NCBI GenBank assembly: GCA_044892525.1
Contig: CM097885.1
Location: 17,362,001-17,426,000, forward strand
DNA length: 64,000 nt
From: Schmidtea polychroa
Lineage: Eukaryota
Direction: 5' to 3'
The position numbers and the translations under genes are program-made. Shown here piece after piece: positions 1-12,759 of the stretch. The notes under the pieces were generated by a model, which had not been told where the DNA came from, made no database searches, and saw only the letters and a program-made list of their open reading frames with translations. The first letter of the stretch is position 1; each line of letters begins with the position of its first letter.

Positions 1-345
1 TATGACTCATCAAGGTCATTGAAACAAAGACCATGACTCATCCTATGACTCATCAAGGTCACTGAAACAAAGACCATGACTCATCAATGTCATTGGATGA
101 CTCACCAAGGTCATTGAAACAAAGACAACGACTCATTCAAGGTCAAAGGATGACTCATCAAGGTCATATTTTTAAGGTCAAGGTCATATTTTTAAGGCCA
201 ATGTCATATTTCTAAGGTCAAGGTCATATTTTTAAGGTCAAGGTCATATTTTTAAGGTCAAGGTCATATTTTAAGGTCAAGGTCATATTTTTTAAAGGTC
301 AAGGTCATATTTTTTAAGGTCAAGGCCATATTTTAAGGTCAAACC
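1..345 (+). repeat. Array of (TC)AAGGTCA(TATTTTT) and ATGACTCATC short repeats, related to the Polinton subterminal array at 17730-18295
   Basis: Repeated aaggtcatatttttaaggtc (~20-bp period) and atgactcatc units; the same motifs recur at 17730-18295. Confidence 0.85.
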
Positions 346-714
346 TTCACCAAAGGGTATCATTCGAAAGGTATTTGAGAGGTCTATCTAATGGTCATAC
401 CCTCGAAGGTGTATAGCTGAAGAATTATGATCAAACAATATATATCATCTCCAGTATTTGATGGTAAATATTTGTAGAAAATTTAGTGAATTTTGATCTT
501 TTAATGGGCTCTTATTATTTGTCTGGTTCTATAACAATTAATTAAAAGTCATATTTTTGAATTTCTCTGAGGATTTTAAGAGGATTGATATATATTAAAG
601 GGCTCAAGTGGGTGAAATCTTTAGGGAAAATAAGGGATATAATCGGATAGATGTTTAAAAGAGTAGAAATATTTGCTGAGAGATCGGATAAGATGGGATA
701 TTGTCGGTTATTAA

Positions 715-970
715 ATTTAATGAGGGATGGGTTAAGATGGAAATAGATCATTGTAAGGGAGATATAGTCGATTGACTTTAATAAGAAATCGGTTAAGATG
801 GGAATATATCATTGCAAGGGAGATATAGTCGATTGAATTTAATGAGAGATCGGATAAGGTAGGAATATATCATTGTAAGGGAGATATAGTCGATTGAATT
901 TAATGAAGGATGGGTTAAGATGGGAATATAGTCGGTTAAATTTAATGAGACATCGGTTAAGATGGGAATA
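715..970. repeat. Degenerate ~61-bp tandem repeat
   Basis: ttgyaagggagatatagtcgattga recurs at ~751, ~812 and ~873. Confidence 0.75.
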
Positions 971-2682
971 TATGATTTTTTTAATGGTGATGTTGGTAAA
1001 ATATCATTGTTTTAAGGGAAATGTCAATTAGTCAGTTATGTATCAATAATAATTATATCGTTTTATTAGGTTGTGATTAATTCATTGTATATTAATTTAG
1101 ATTTATGGATTATTAAGTAAGAATAATGATCGATTTACTTGGTTTTGACGATGAAAACTTTACAGATATTTGGGATTGATATCAACTTTAAATTATTTTT
1201 ATCTTTATTTAGACGGACAACGACAAAAGTTGAGAAATATGGACTTAAAACATTGACTAAATAAAATTGATCTTTATTGGAAGAAATCTTGATTTTAATT
1301 AGTAATTAAATCGGTTGAATATTGGTAAAAATGATCATTTGAAGAAATATATTTTATTGAATGGATAAATTTAATCTTTCAATGGGACCTAGTCAGTTAT
1401 ATTGTAGTAATATTTATTTAAAATATCGAGTACAGTGATTAACAAAAATTTAATTATAACCACTTTTATCATTAGATTTTATAAATTATTTAGGGTTAAT
1501 GATTTTACATGTTTTATAGGGAAATATTCGTGATAATAGGAATTAAAGTTAGAATTATAGTCATTTAAATGGGACTTTAAGCAATCTTATTAGTCTGAGG
1601 GGAATATATGATCCTTTACGGGTACTTATCATTAAAATATCAATCTTTAAATATTGATATATTTAGGGGAAATGATGCTTTTTAGATGATTTTAATGAAT
1701 TATTTGTAATAATATGAATTAAGGGTAGAAATATAGTCATTTAAGGGATTTTAAGGAATCTTATTAGTTTGATGAGAATATATGATCCTTTACGGGTATT
1801 TATCATTACAATACCAATCTTTAAATATTGATATATTTAGGGAAAATGATGCTTTTTAGATGATTTTATTAGATAATTCACTTGGATATACCAATTATTG
1901 CCATTTAAATGAATTTACTGGTTTGTTAGATGTTATCATTAGTTATCTAGTCTCTTTTGGAATTTAATGATAATTATTTTTATTGTAGATTGCTGACTTT
2001 GATAATTGTAATGAATTTATACTGATTTTTTGAATATATTGAGAAATCAGTCAATCAATTTGAGTACATGTATTACTTTTACAAAAATAATTAAAATTAA
2101 TTTTATTTAAATTAATTTATTCAATCTAAATCAATTATCTTAGTTGATTAAACTTGAATGATCAGTATTTTTTTATTTACTGGATGATTAATGATTAGAA
2201 TTCTTTCTTGTCCATTAATTAAATTTTTATGATATTTATTTTGAATAATTTAAATTTTTACAATTATTTAATCAATTTTTATCAAGTTATTGATGCCTTG
2301 AGTTCAATTAATTTTTCATCTAATTTTTCAAGTGAAGAGTATTTGCTTTTAAAGATCAATTTGTCAGTACATAGTTGTTGGTTGTAAGTAGTTGGTTGAC
2401 TTTTTAGATTTTGATAAGAAAATAGTGTATGTGATGAAGAGTATTTTGTATTTAATTGCTATTATTTTTATGTGTTGTTAGTTGATTGTTGGTACTAAGT
2501 TGTTGGTATCTTGTATTTGGTAGTTGGTACAGTGTTGTTTACTGATTGTTGTTATATAGTTGTAGGTTGATATTTGTTAATTTCTCGATGGGTTTTGATG
2601 GTGGTTGTTAGTAGTTGTTGTTTGAAACCTAGTGGTTAGTACTTAGTAGCTAGTTAATGGGTAGGTTGTGGTTAAGTGTTAC

Positions 2683-2755
2683 CAATACCCCTACGACTAG
2701 TACCTTTACGACCAGTACCCTTACGACTAATACCCTTACGACCTGTACCCTTAGG
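2683..2755. repeat. ~15-bp tandem repeat (TACCCTTACGACYAG-like)
   Basis: About five consecutive tacc(c/t)ttacgac units. Confidence 0.8.
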
Positions 2756-3232
2756 GGGTCAAAACATCCTGTCGGATAAAGTCAGAGTATATATAATAAA
2801 ACTGATCAACAATAAGTATTTATTGAATGCGATTTTTACATTGCAATAATAAGTCAGTAGTTATCATTTAAAAGAAGTATGTTTTGTAACTTAGAATTCA
2901 TTAGTCTTTCATTGTAATTATTTTGAATTCCACGTGGTGTTTTAAAGTGGTTGAGTTGTGGTTTTTTGATGAAAATCAACATTTTTGTTAAATTTAGACA
3001 TTTTGAAAAGGTTTTTCTACTGATTGTAATTAAAATTATTATAGAAGCTGTATAAAAAATATTAATTTAAAAAGCATTTCATAAAATACAGTGAAGAATA
3101 TTTAGTAGTTAGTTGTAAGTATCTGGTTGTTTGAGAGTTAGTTAGTACGTGGTATCTAGTTGTAAGTATTTGTTAGCACCTAGTTAAAAAATAATCAGTA
3201 ACCGATTGTTGGTAACTGTTGAATTATTATTA

Positions 3233-3264
<32 letters not shown>

Positions 3265-3539
3265 CCATTTAAATTTTCATTATAAATTACATTTCTCAAA
3301 AAAGTTGGTGGTTATTCAATCTTTTGATAATAAAATTAAAAATCTTACTTTAATTTACTCATTTAGCTTTAATTTAAAATTTGAACCATTGTTTTCTTTA
3401 ATTTTAAATTTTGAACCTTAATTTACTTATTTAAAATTTTTAACTTTAATTTACCTAATTATTCTTTATTTCTTAATTTTACACCATAATTTACTTAACA
3501 ACTAAATATAATCCTTATTTTCATATTTAACCAATAATT

Positions 3540-4945
3540 TCATGTGGTCATCTGGTTGTAAGTGTTTGGTATCTAGTTGACAGTGCTTAGTACTAGGTAA
3601 GTTACTTGGTTGTTAGTACTTGGTTGATAATGCTTAGTTGTTGGTTGTATGTACTTGGTATCTAGTTGTTAGTAACTAGTTGTAGGTAATTAATGCTTAG
3701 TAGTTGGTAACTGGTTGTTAGTACTTGGTAGGTGGTAGCTAGTTGGTTGTAGGTACTTAGTAGTTGGTAGCTAGTTGAGTGTTGGTTGTAGCTAGTTAAT
3801 GGGTAACTGGTTGTTAGTATCTAGTTGTAGGTACTTGGTAGGTGGTAGCTAGTTGTTAGCTAATTGTTGTGGGTTGTTAGTACTTGGTTGATTTGATTGT
3901 TAGTACTTGGTAGGTGGTAGCTAGTTGGTTGTAGGTACTTAGTAGTTGGTTGATAATGCTTAGTACCTGGTTGTTGACGGTTGTTAGTACGTGGTATCTA
4001 GTACCTAGTTGGTTGGTTGTTAGTACTTAGTATTTAGTTGGTTGATAATGCTTAGTACCTGGTTGATGTTGGTTGTAAGTACTTGGTATCTAGTTGTTAG
4101 CTGGTTGTTAGTACTTAGTAGCTAGTTAATGGGTAGGTGGGGGTTGAGAGTTAGTTAGTACGTGGTATCTAGTTGTAAGTACTCGGTAGCAGGTAATTGG
4201 TTGTTAGTATCTAGTTGTAGGTATCAGGTTGATGTTGGTTGTAGGTACTTAGTAGTTGGTAATTAATGCTTAGTACTTGGTTGTTGTTGGTTGTTAGTAC
4301 TTGGTAGGTGGTAGTTAGTTGTTAGTACTTGGTAGGTGGTAGCTAGTTGTTAGTACTTGGTACCTAGTTGGTTGCTTGTTTTTGGTTGTTAGTACTTGTT
4401 AGGTGGTTGTAGGTACTTGGTAGGTACTTAGTAGTTGGTAATTAATGCTTAGTACTTGGTTGTTGTCGGTTGTTGGTACTTAGTAGGTGGTTGTAGGTAC
4501 TTAGTAGCAGGTAACTGGTTGTTAGTACTTGGTATCTAGTACCTAGTTAGCTGGTTGTAGCTAGTTAATGGGTAGGTGGTTGTAGGTAGTTAGTAGTTGG
4601 TAACTGGTTGTAAGTATCTGGTTGTTTGAGAGTTAGTTAGTGCGTGGTATCTAGTTGTAAGTACTTGCTATCAGGTAACTAGTTGTTGGTAACTAGTTGT
4701 AGGTATCTGGTTGGTAATACATGTTCGTAAGTTACTGGTTGTTGGTACTTAGTAGGTGGTTAATAATGCTTAGTACCCGGTTGTTGTTGGTTGTATGTAC
4801 TTGGTAGTTAGTTGTTAGTACTTGGTACCTAGTTGGTTGCATGTTTTTGGTTGTTGGTACTTGGTATCAGGTAACTGGTTGTAGGTATCTGGTTGGTAAT
4901 ACATGTTCGTAAGTTACTGGTTGTTGGTACTAAGTTGTTGATTTG
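3540..4945. repeat. Degenerate G/T-rich satellite (TAGTTGGTTGTAGGTACT-like units)
   Basis: Shuffled short units tagttg, ggttgt, agtactt, ggtatc; no ORF. Confidence 0.85.
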
Positions 4946-5199
4946 TTGTTGAATTATTATTAAAATTTGTCTTTGAAAAATATTTCATAAATATTTTCAT
5001 TAAAAATTATCTTAAAAATTTCCATCTAAAATTATCATTGAAAAATATTTCATAAAAATTTCCATTAAAAATTAACTTAAAAAATTATTCCATAAAAATT
5101 TCCATTAAAAATTTCCATTGAAAAATATTTCATAAAAATTTTTATTAAAAAATTTCAATTCTCAAACACCTTCTATTATTTCTACTTTTTGTTAATAAA

Positions 5200-5895
5200 T
5201 TTAAAAATCTTACTTTAATTTACTTATTACATTACTTTAATTTACTTATTTAAAAATTATTACTTTAATTTACTTATTTAAAATTTTTTTACCATTGATT
5301 ACTTAATTTAAAAATTTGGACCATTATTTACTTTAAATTAATTTTTAGAACCTTAATTTACTTTAATTTAAAATTTGGACCATAATTTACTTTAATTGAA
5401 AAATCTGGACCATAATTTACTGTAATTTAATATTTTAGAACCATAATTTACTTTAATTTAATTTTTAGAACCACTATTTACTGTAATTTAATTTTTTAGG
5501 ACCATTATTACCTTATTTGAAAATTTGAGCCATAATTTACTTTAATTTAATTTTTTAGAACCATTATTTACTTTAATTTAAAAATTTGAGCCATAATTTA
5601 CTATAATTTAATTTTTAGAACCATAATTTACTGTAATTCAATTTTTAGAACCATTATTTACTGTAATTGAAAAATTTGAGCTATAATTTACTGTAATTTA
5701 ATTTTTTAGAACCATTATTTACTGTAATTTAATTTTTTAGGACCATTATTTACTGTAATTGAAAAATTTGGACCATAATTTACTTTTAATTTAATTTTTT
5801 TGGACCATTATTTACTGTAATTTAATTTTTTAGAACCATAATTTACTGTAATTCAATTTTTAGGACTATAATTTACTGTATTTGAAAAATTTACC
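5200..5895. repeat. ~29-30-bp minisatellite (CCATAATTTACTGTAATTTAATTTTTAGAA)
   Basis: About 20 consecutive copies visible. Confidence 0.9.
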
Positions 5896-6510
5896 ATGTT
5901 TTTTAGTGTAGACCACCTTTTTCTCAGGACCAAGGAGACTCTCCTTAATTTAATTCGAAAAATCCATGCTTTTTTATTGATAGTCGGATTTTTGTATTGA
6001 AAATATCCTGAGACCTTAAATTACCACGTTTTTTTAGTGTAGACCAGCTTTTTGTATTGAAAAATTTTTTTGTATTGAAAATCCCAGGACCATCGAGACC
6101 CCCTCACTATAGTCTGAAAAATCCTTGGCTTTTTTAGTGGTAGTCGGATTTTTGTATTGAAAATATCCTGAGACCTTAAATTACCATGCTTTTTTAGTGT
6201 AGACCACCTATTTCTCAAGACCAAGGAGACTCACCTCACTATAGTCTGAAAAATCCTTGGCTTTTTTAGTGGTAGTCGGATTTTTGTATTGAAAATATCC
6301 TGAGACCTTAAATTACCATGCTTTTTTAGTGTAGACCAGCTTTTTGTATTGAAAAATTTTTTTTGTATTGAAAATCCCAGGACCATCGAGACCCCCTCAC
6401 TATAGTCTGAAAAATCCATGCTTTTTTATTGGTAGTCGGATTTTTGTATTGAAAAAAATTTTTTGTATTGAAAATCCCAGGACCATCGTTTTTGTATTGA
6501 TTTTCCACTA
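5895..6510. repeat. Complex modular repeat (TTTTTGTATTGAAAA / TAGTCGGATT / AGTGTAGACCA units), possibly the terminal region of an element
   Basis: Blocks of ~60-170 bp repeated 3-4 times; the ORFs here are repeat artefacts. Confidence 0.8.
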
Positions 6511-6797
6511 CGAATAACTATTAAAAGTTGAGGTAAAAGGAGATTCCCTTTTGAGTTCAATCTCCTAAAACTCAAGTTTGATATAATTGTTGTATAAATT
6601 GTTATATTTAGTTCGTTGTACTATATTATGTATTTATTTGTTACTACAACACTACATACAACATAAAACATTCCCAGCAATCTCGAAACAAGTTTTAAAG
6701 GAGACTCTGCTGGCCTCTAACAATCTCTATTATAATATGCACTCATAATTACACTATAATCGAATGCTGGTATATATATATATATATATATATACAT

Positions 6798-9094
6798 TAG
6801 GGTTATGACTTTTTATCAACCACATGTTCCTTTACTGTAGTTTGATGAATACTTACCTAAAAGGCAAGAAATGAACTATTATTTGCATATCTTTTCAAAA
6901 ATGTTCACCTCGCCATTGAAAAATCAATTTTGACATAAGTACAAATGTATTTCAAATGTATTTAGAATGTCATAGTCATGTAATACAATAAACTTTCAAT
7001 CCAACAATGACTCAGACCGTTGACCTTGTTCATGCTTGTTGCACAGAAGGAATCGAAGGTGTAATTTGTCTTTATTTTTGCATGATGAATAAATTTCCTC
7101 CATTACTTTGATAGCGCGCTCTGCGCATTGATTACTTATGGGTATGGATGGCTCTCGCTTCCAGTGATTTTTCAAAGAGCTTAAAGTCTTTTTGTATGGA
7201 TTCAGTATTTCAGCCAAGTTAATTAAGTCGTTTCCGGTGTACAGTTGGTCTGTAAACCAATGGTCTGCCCAGCCATACGATATAAATCGACATACTCTCT
7301 GCAGAATTGTCCTTGTTGAAGGAATTAAAAGGAAGGCCAGGATCGCTAGTATAGCTCTGGAGTTCCACCTCGCATTGCTAATGTTGGGTATTTTCTGAAA
7401 CTTGATCAATGGAAAATGTCCCTTTTCCTCAAAAAATCGGAACACTCGAGTGAGATGAAACAAAAATTTCATATCATCTCTCCAGCCTGATGTTTCGAGA
7501 ATTACTTCTGTTCCGTTATCAAACTGTGTTTTCAGTTGTTCGTACTCCTTCAACAGTTGAGATATAAATGGATATTCGATGTTTGGCGATTGTGTTTTAC
7601 TTCCAAGTTCTTCATCCATCACCAAACGGAGGATTCTATCTAATACATGGTGTTGACAACTGATAAACTGAGGTTTGTTGATGCGTTTCTCTGTGAACAT
7701 TCGTTGCAATATTACAACAACACCATTCTTTTTTTCCAGTGTTAACGCTGGTGGTATTTGCAACAATCATCTGTATTGAATTCCATAAGTGAAATTCATC
7801 GAGAACTTTAGAAATTCCTTCAGCAATAGTTAAAGCCCTGCCATCTACAAAGCCAAGGACATTCAATTTGATTTCTCTTCTTTCATTTTTAAGGACGACC
7901 ACTTGATAATCCATTCTGTCGATGTGCTTGCCATCAAAAGGTAAGGACCAACTTTCTTCCTTCAGCTTGATTGCCTCTTTGATTGTTGACTTGTAAATAG
8001 CTGATTGACATGGAGTTGGGATGTCAATGCCTTCACGAGCCAATTGCTTGCGTATGTTAGCAGCTTTGTTTGTTGATACTCTTGAGGAGGTCACCATGTT
8101 GAGTGCAATTCTGCTTTTATGATGTTTTATGCTTGGTTTAGGAGTTGTCTCATCTTCTTCTTCATTTTTTTCATATTCAATGTCGTCAGCCTCAGAGTCA
8201 GAATCACTAAAACCAGGATAGTAAGATGATGAGTTGGATGACTCATTAGAAAATTTTTGTCTTTTAGAGGGATGGATCGTTTCTTTACTGGCCGCTTGGC
8301 CTGTAGAGTATCTCACTGCTCCTTTGCTTTCCACTTGGAGATGGTACAATCGCTTGTCCTCGGAAGATAACCATGTTCCACCCACTTTAGTAATATAAAA
8401 AATTTCAAGGGGTTCTTGGCTTCCCTGCTTGACACATTCATCATAACATTTTAGTATTTTATCAAGCTTTGCTCGTATAACTTGATCAGATACATGAGGA
8501 AAATTCAGGTTATTCTGAAACTATTTGGTGACTTCTTTGGAAATTTCCGCTATTCGCTCATTTCTTCCTTTGATTTTTGGTCCAAGGTAATTGTAGTGTC
8601 CGATAATTTGCTTTTGGAGAGACATTCTGCACTTTCTTCCAGTGAATATTCTTCCAAAGGGACCATTCTTCTTCTTTTATGAGAGTCTTCAAATTTTATC
8701 AGATTATTGGTCCAGACATCCTTGTTCTTCTGAATGCTACTATTGCTAGGCTTGTACGACACCATGTGTTGCTTCTGTAATAACTATAAAATTAGATGAG
8801 CAGCTATATATTGATTCAATATATTGAGCTATAAATATTCTGTTATTTTCCAAAATGTTCTAAAGTTCTAAACACTTCTAATCTATACAAGTTTTAAATG
8901 ATTTGCAGGGAAAGCCACAAGTATTAGTAGTAGCAGTAACAAGATTAAATAAATGACGAAACGTAATTTGAATTGCGGGGTGACCTTTTTTACAACCGAG
9001 AGGACTTGAACATGTTTTCAATGTTTTCTAATAAAAGTTCATCGATTTATGACACAGGAAATTAATTTATTTTTAAAAAGTCAAAAAGTCATAA
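6798..9094 (-). mobile_element. Decayed hAT-superfamily (hATm-like) DNA transposon
   Basis: One end TAGGGTTATGACTTTTT next to (TA)n; partial inverted copy AAAAAGTCATAA at ~9083-9094; transposase relic inside. Confidence 0.65.
6996..8765 (-). pseudogene. Frameshifted DDE transposase (hAT-like)
   Basis: Pieces 8550-8765, 7636-8385 and 6996-7766 carry FDGK, NTTSVNTG, CQHHVLD, NARWNSRAI and SNQCAERAIK motifs. Confidence 0.8.
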
Positions 9095-9208
9095 GTAGAA
9101 CAAACCTCCATAACAATATATATTGGTGGGTTACAGGTAGACCACATTTTACCTCTTCGATCTGTTTCCAGCGTAACCCAGAATACAATGATGCTATGAT
9201 ACTCGTGA

Positions 9209-10500
9209 TCAACATTGAAACTGTATCAAGCGGGTGAGTACCAGCAAAATGTGAGCATACTTTTGTATACTATTATTGTCAGAAAGGTTTTCATTCCATA
9301 ACAAGCAACATAATTCAATTATTTCAACCAATGGTTCATTAGTAAACAGACTACAAACATCAAACGAAACCATAATTTCATCCACTCTTTGTCTAACATA
9401 TTTTGCAATGCAGGAAACAAATTCAAAACTATCTTTACATTCAAATTCTGATCGTATTAATGGTTTCAATAATCCATCCCAAAATTTGGCTATTTTATAC
9501 TGGGCAGTGCCAATCATGGATAATACAGGTCTAATAGGCACGCCATCTTTATAGATTTTTGGAAGCCCATAAAGTTTTGCTGGTTGTGACCCCATTGGGC
9601 GAATAGATTTAAACAACTCTTCATCAATTTGCTTATTTTTAATTAATTTATTCAGTATCTCTTTTAACAAATTCTCATCTTTAAGAGGAGGCTGTATTCC
9701 ATATTTTCGAGAAATCTCTACTTTCGCAAACTTGGAGCATTCAAAATATCATTAAACTTATTCACATATACATCGTGGTCGAGAATTACCAATCCATTTC
9801 CTTTGTCAAACTTGCATATATTGATGTCTTTTTTAGTTAAATTTTTTAATACAGTAAAATCTTTAATATTCTGCTTTTTATTTTTATCAATATACTCCAT
9901 CGTACTCGAACTCAACACACTCTTCACATAATTAGTATTAATATCCTTCATCGATCGAAGTATATGAAAGTATAAACTTTCAATCTTAGCACATAATTTT
10001 GTTTCATCAATTCTTTTCTAAATAGTATGATTGGGACAAAATTTCAAAATACGATCCTCCTCTTCAGACAAAATAACTTTAGTCATATTTATTAATGTAT
10101 TATCTACACTAAATTTAGAGATCCTAAATGATTTTTTTAATTTATTAATATGAGCATTCTCTTTTGATTTTAACTGAGAAATTGAACTTTTAATACACCA
10201 TTCAACACATACCTGCAAACAAAACTCATTTGTTATTTGATTCAAAGTAAATTCAATATTTAATAGTTTTTTATCCAAGGATGTTCTCATTATCTTCTCC
10301 AATATTCTCCTTAACGTTCTTTTATGTATTATTTGCACATCTTTACTTGAAAGACAATCACTAAGTTTCATTTTAAAAATGAACGAAGGAATCATCTTTT
10401 CTTCTAGACAAGTCTCAAGAAAAAAATGTCTAGTTCTTTACTTTTAAGTGCAATAATCTTTTGAATACTGGAACAGCAGAAACATGATTTTTGAATAAAT
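9209..10500 (-). pseudogene. 5' portion of a second Penelope ORF (N-terminus to early RT)
   Basis: Fragments 10018-10395, 9718-9951 (KFDKGNGLVILD) and 9209-9670 (YGLPKIYK, MVSFDVCSLFTN). Confidence 0.85.
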
Positions 10501-10554
10501 TGTTAAACATACATGGCAATGATTTTATTATGAGATAACGCCAATCAAACATTC

Positions 10555-10600
10555 TTTTTACGATATATTTCGACAGTTTTCCTGCAATCATCAGGTGAGA
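10555..10600 (-). ncRNA. Degenerate minimal hammerhead ribozyme in the Penelope pseudo-LTR
   Basis: Minus strand reads UCUCAC-CUGAUGA-UUGCAG-GAAAA-CUGUC-GAAA-UAUAUC-GUAAAA: catalytic core, stem II, palindromic short stem III; stem I mismatched. Confidence 0.55.
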
Positions 10601-10746
10601 TATAATAACTATGTAAATTACGGATTTTAAACAAATTTATTAATTATATAAAAACTTTTTATTTAATAAAACTATGTAATTATTTTTAAAATTTTAGCAT
10701 TCAGAATTTAATTTAATAATTTAAAAAATTTTATTAATTATTTAAT

Positions 10747-12300
10747 TTAACACAACAATCGATAGATACAATATACAAGAAAAAAATTATTTAAAACATT
10801 TAAAATACAAATATTCACTACATTCTGCACATTAATTGTCGGATTCAATGACTTTATCAACAACGCCTCACAAATCACACGTTCCCAATACTTATCAAAA
10901 TGTTTTAATAAAAGTTTAAAATCAGTCATACCTATTTTAATCTTACAGCCCTTATTGTGCTCACTAATATGGGTCAAAGCCTGCGGTCTATAATGTTCTC
11001 GAGCTCGAATGCAGAGATGACGGGAAGTCTCTCCAATGTATGTGGCATTACAAACATTACATGTAAACTGATAAACGAGATCGGAACACAATTCAACCAG
11101 AGTTTTTGACTTATTAATAAACATACTTTCCATGAAGTTGACACTATCCGATAGTTTAAATTCCCTAACTGCTTTCTTATCTTCACTTTATAATCCTTAA
11201 AACCTTCTGAGTACGGCAATACTAACACAAATTTAGGCTCATCATCCTTCCTCACACTATTTAATTTATTTGACTCATCAGACTCACACACCTCAACAAA
11301 ATCACATCCAGATTTTAACTCGTCAGACTCACACACCTCAACAACATCAGACCCAGAATTTCTCAAACATGGATCCTTAACATTTCAACCAATTTGTCAA
11401 CACTTTTTACTGAATTTTCAAAAGTAGAAGACAAAGACCATGCACGATAAATCAACCCCTTCACCATATTTCTTTTATACTTGAATTCACAAAAACTACC
11501 GGAAGAAGTATAGAGACCAGTATCAGTTGGTTTTCTATAAATCTCTGTCTCATAGTGTTTCCCTTTGCGTTGTATTAACAGATCCAAGAAAGCAAGTGAT
11601 GATTTTTTCTCCGTTTCACATGTGAATACAATGTTTTGTGTAGACTATTCATATAATGCAAAAACGGATCAACATGCCTATGATTTTCAAATAAAAGAAA
11701 AATATCATCCACATACCGTTTATAAACAGTGGGTTTCATACCTTGGAAAGATGCAATTTTCTTTTCTAAGCTTGTTAAAAAAATTGAAGCCATCGTTGGT
11801 GCTAAAGGAGAACCCATAGCAACTCCATCTATTTGTTGATACCATTCTTTATTGAAAAGAAAATTGATTTTTGAAGTAGCAAATACTAGAAGTTCACGAA
11901 ATGCTCTTCCATTCAAAATATGATGTTCAGAAATATTTTCATTCCATAACAAGTAACATAATTCAATTGTTTCAACCAATGGTTTATTAGTAAACAGACT
12001 ACAAATATCAAACAAAACCATAATTTCATTCATACTTTTTCTATCACATTGTGCAATGTAGGAAACAAATTCAAAACTATCTTTACATTCAAATTCTGAT
12101 CGTATTAATGGTTTCAATAATCCATCCAAAAATTTGGCTATTTTATACTGGGCAGTGCCAATCATGTATAAAACAGGTCTCATAGGCATGCCATCTTTAT
12201 GGAGTTTTGGAAGCCCATACATTTTTGCTGGTTGTGATCCCATTGGGCAAATAGATTTAAACAACACTTCATCAATAAAACAGGTCTCATAGGCATGCAA
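10747..12300 (-). pseudogene. Penelope RT plus GIY-YIG endonuclease, frameshifted
   Basis: YGLPKLHK, GVAMGSPLAP, YKRYVDDIF, YRKPTDTG; VYQFTCNVCNATYIGETSRHL...EH...EALLIKSLNPTIN. Confidence 0.9.
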
Positions 12301-12759
12301 TCTTTATGGATTTTTGGAAACCCATACATTTTTGCTGGTCGTGATTCCATTTGGCGAATAGATTTAGAGTTGCAACGTCAAAAATTGAACTAAATATCAG
12401 AGTTATCAACTACCATCGAAGTGCATCCATAACACAACTAAAAATATAATTTTTTTTTGAAATTACCTTAATTAAATTTAGTCATTACTAAAATACACCT
12501 AATTCTTTTGTATAATTTGGATTTATACCATTTTAATATGATTGGAAAAAAAACTTTTATAAATTAAAATGTTATTTGGAAATTCATTAAGTTCATTAAA
12601 TGTCGAAGCAATTGCTTAAAATCAATTTCAATTTTAAATATTAAATATCTAAAGTTTTATTAAAAATTATCAATCATATAATAAACTTGTAATGTAAAAC
12701 CTTGTTTAAATAATACATCATTTTATTAGCATAAAATTAAATTTATATGAAATATGATA

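Larger units (their letters stand above)
9209..12360 (-). mobile_element. Penelope-like retroelement, partial tandem: 5'-truncated RT+GIY-YIG copy followed by the 5' part of a second copy
   Basis: The RT N-terminal segment (MGSQPAKxYGLPK...FECKDSFEFVS) occurs twice, at 9209-9670 and 11575-12300; a GIY-YIG domain ends the first copy. Confidence 0.9.

Noticed and set aside
5200..6510. CRISPR-like appearance of regular repeats, and ORFs 6021-6508
   Set aside because: No unique spacers, no cas genes, eukaryotic context; the ORFs are repeat artefacts
6500..6515. Possible Polinton right terminus (…CCACTAC)
   Set aside because: Only a partial match to the ACTACT end, with no verifiable TSD or partner TIR in the window
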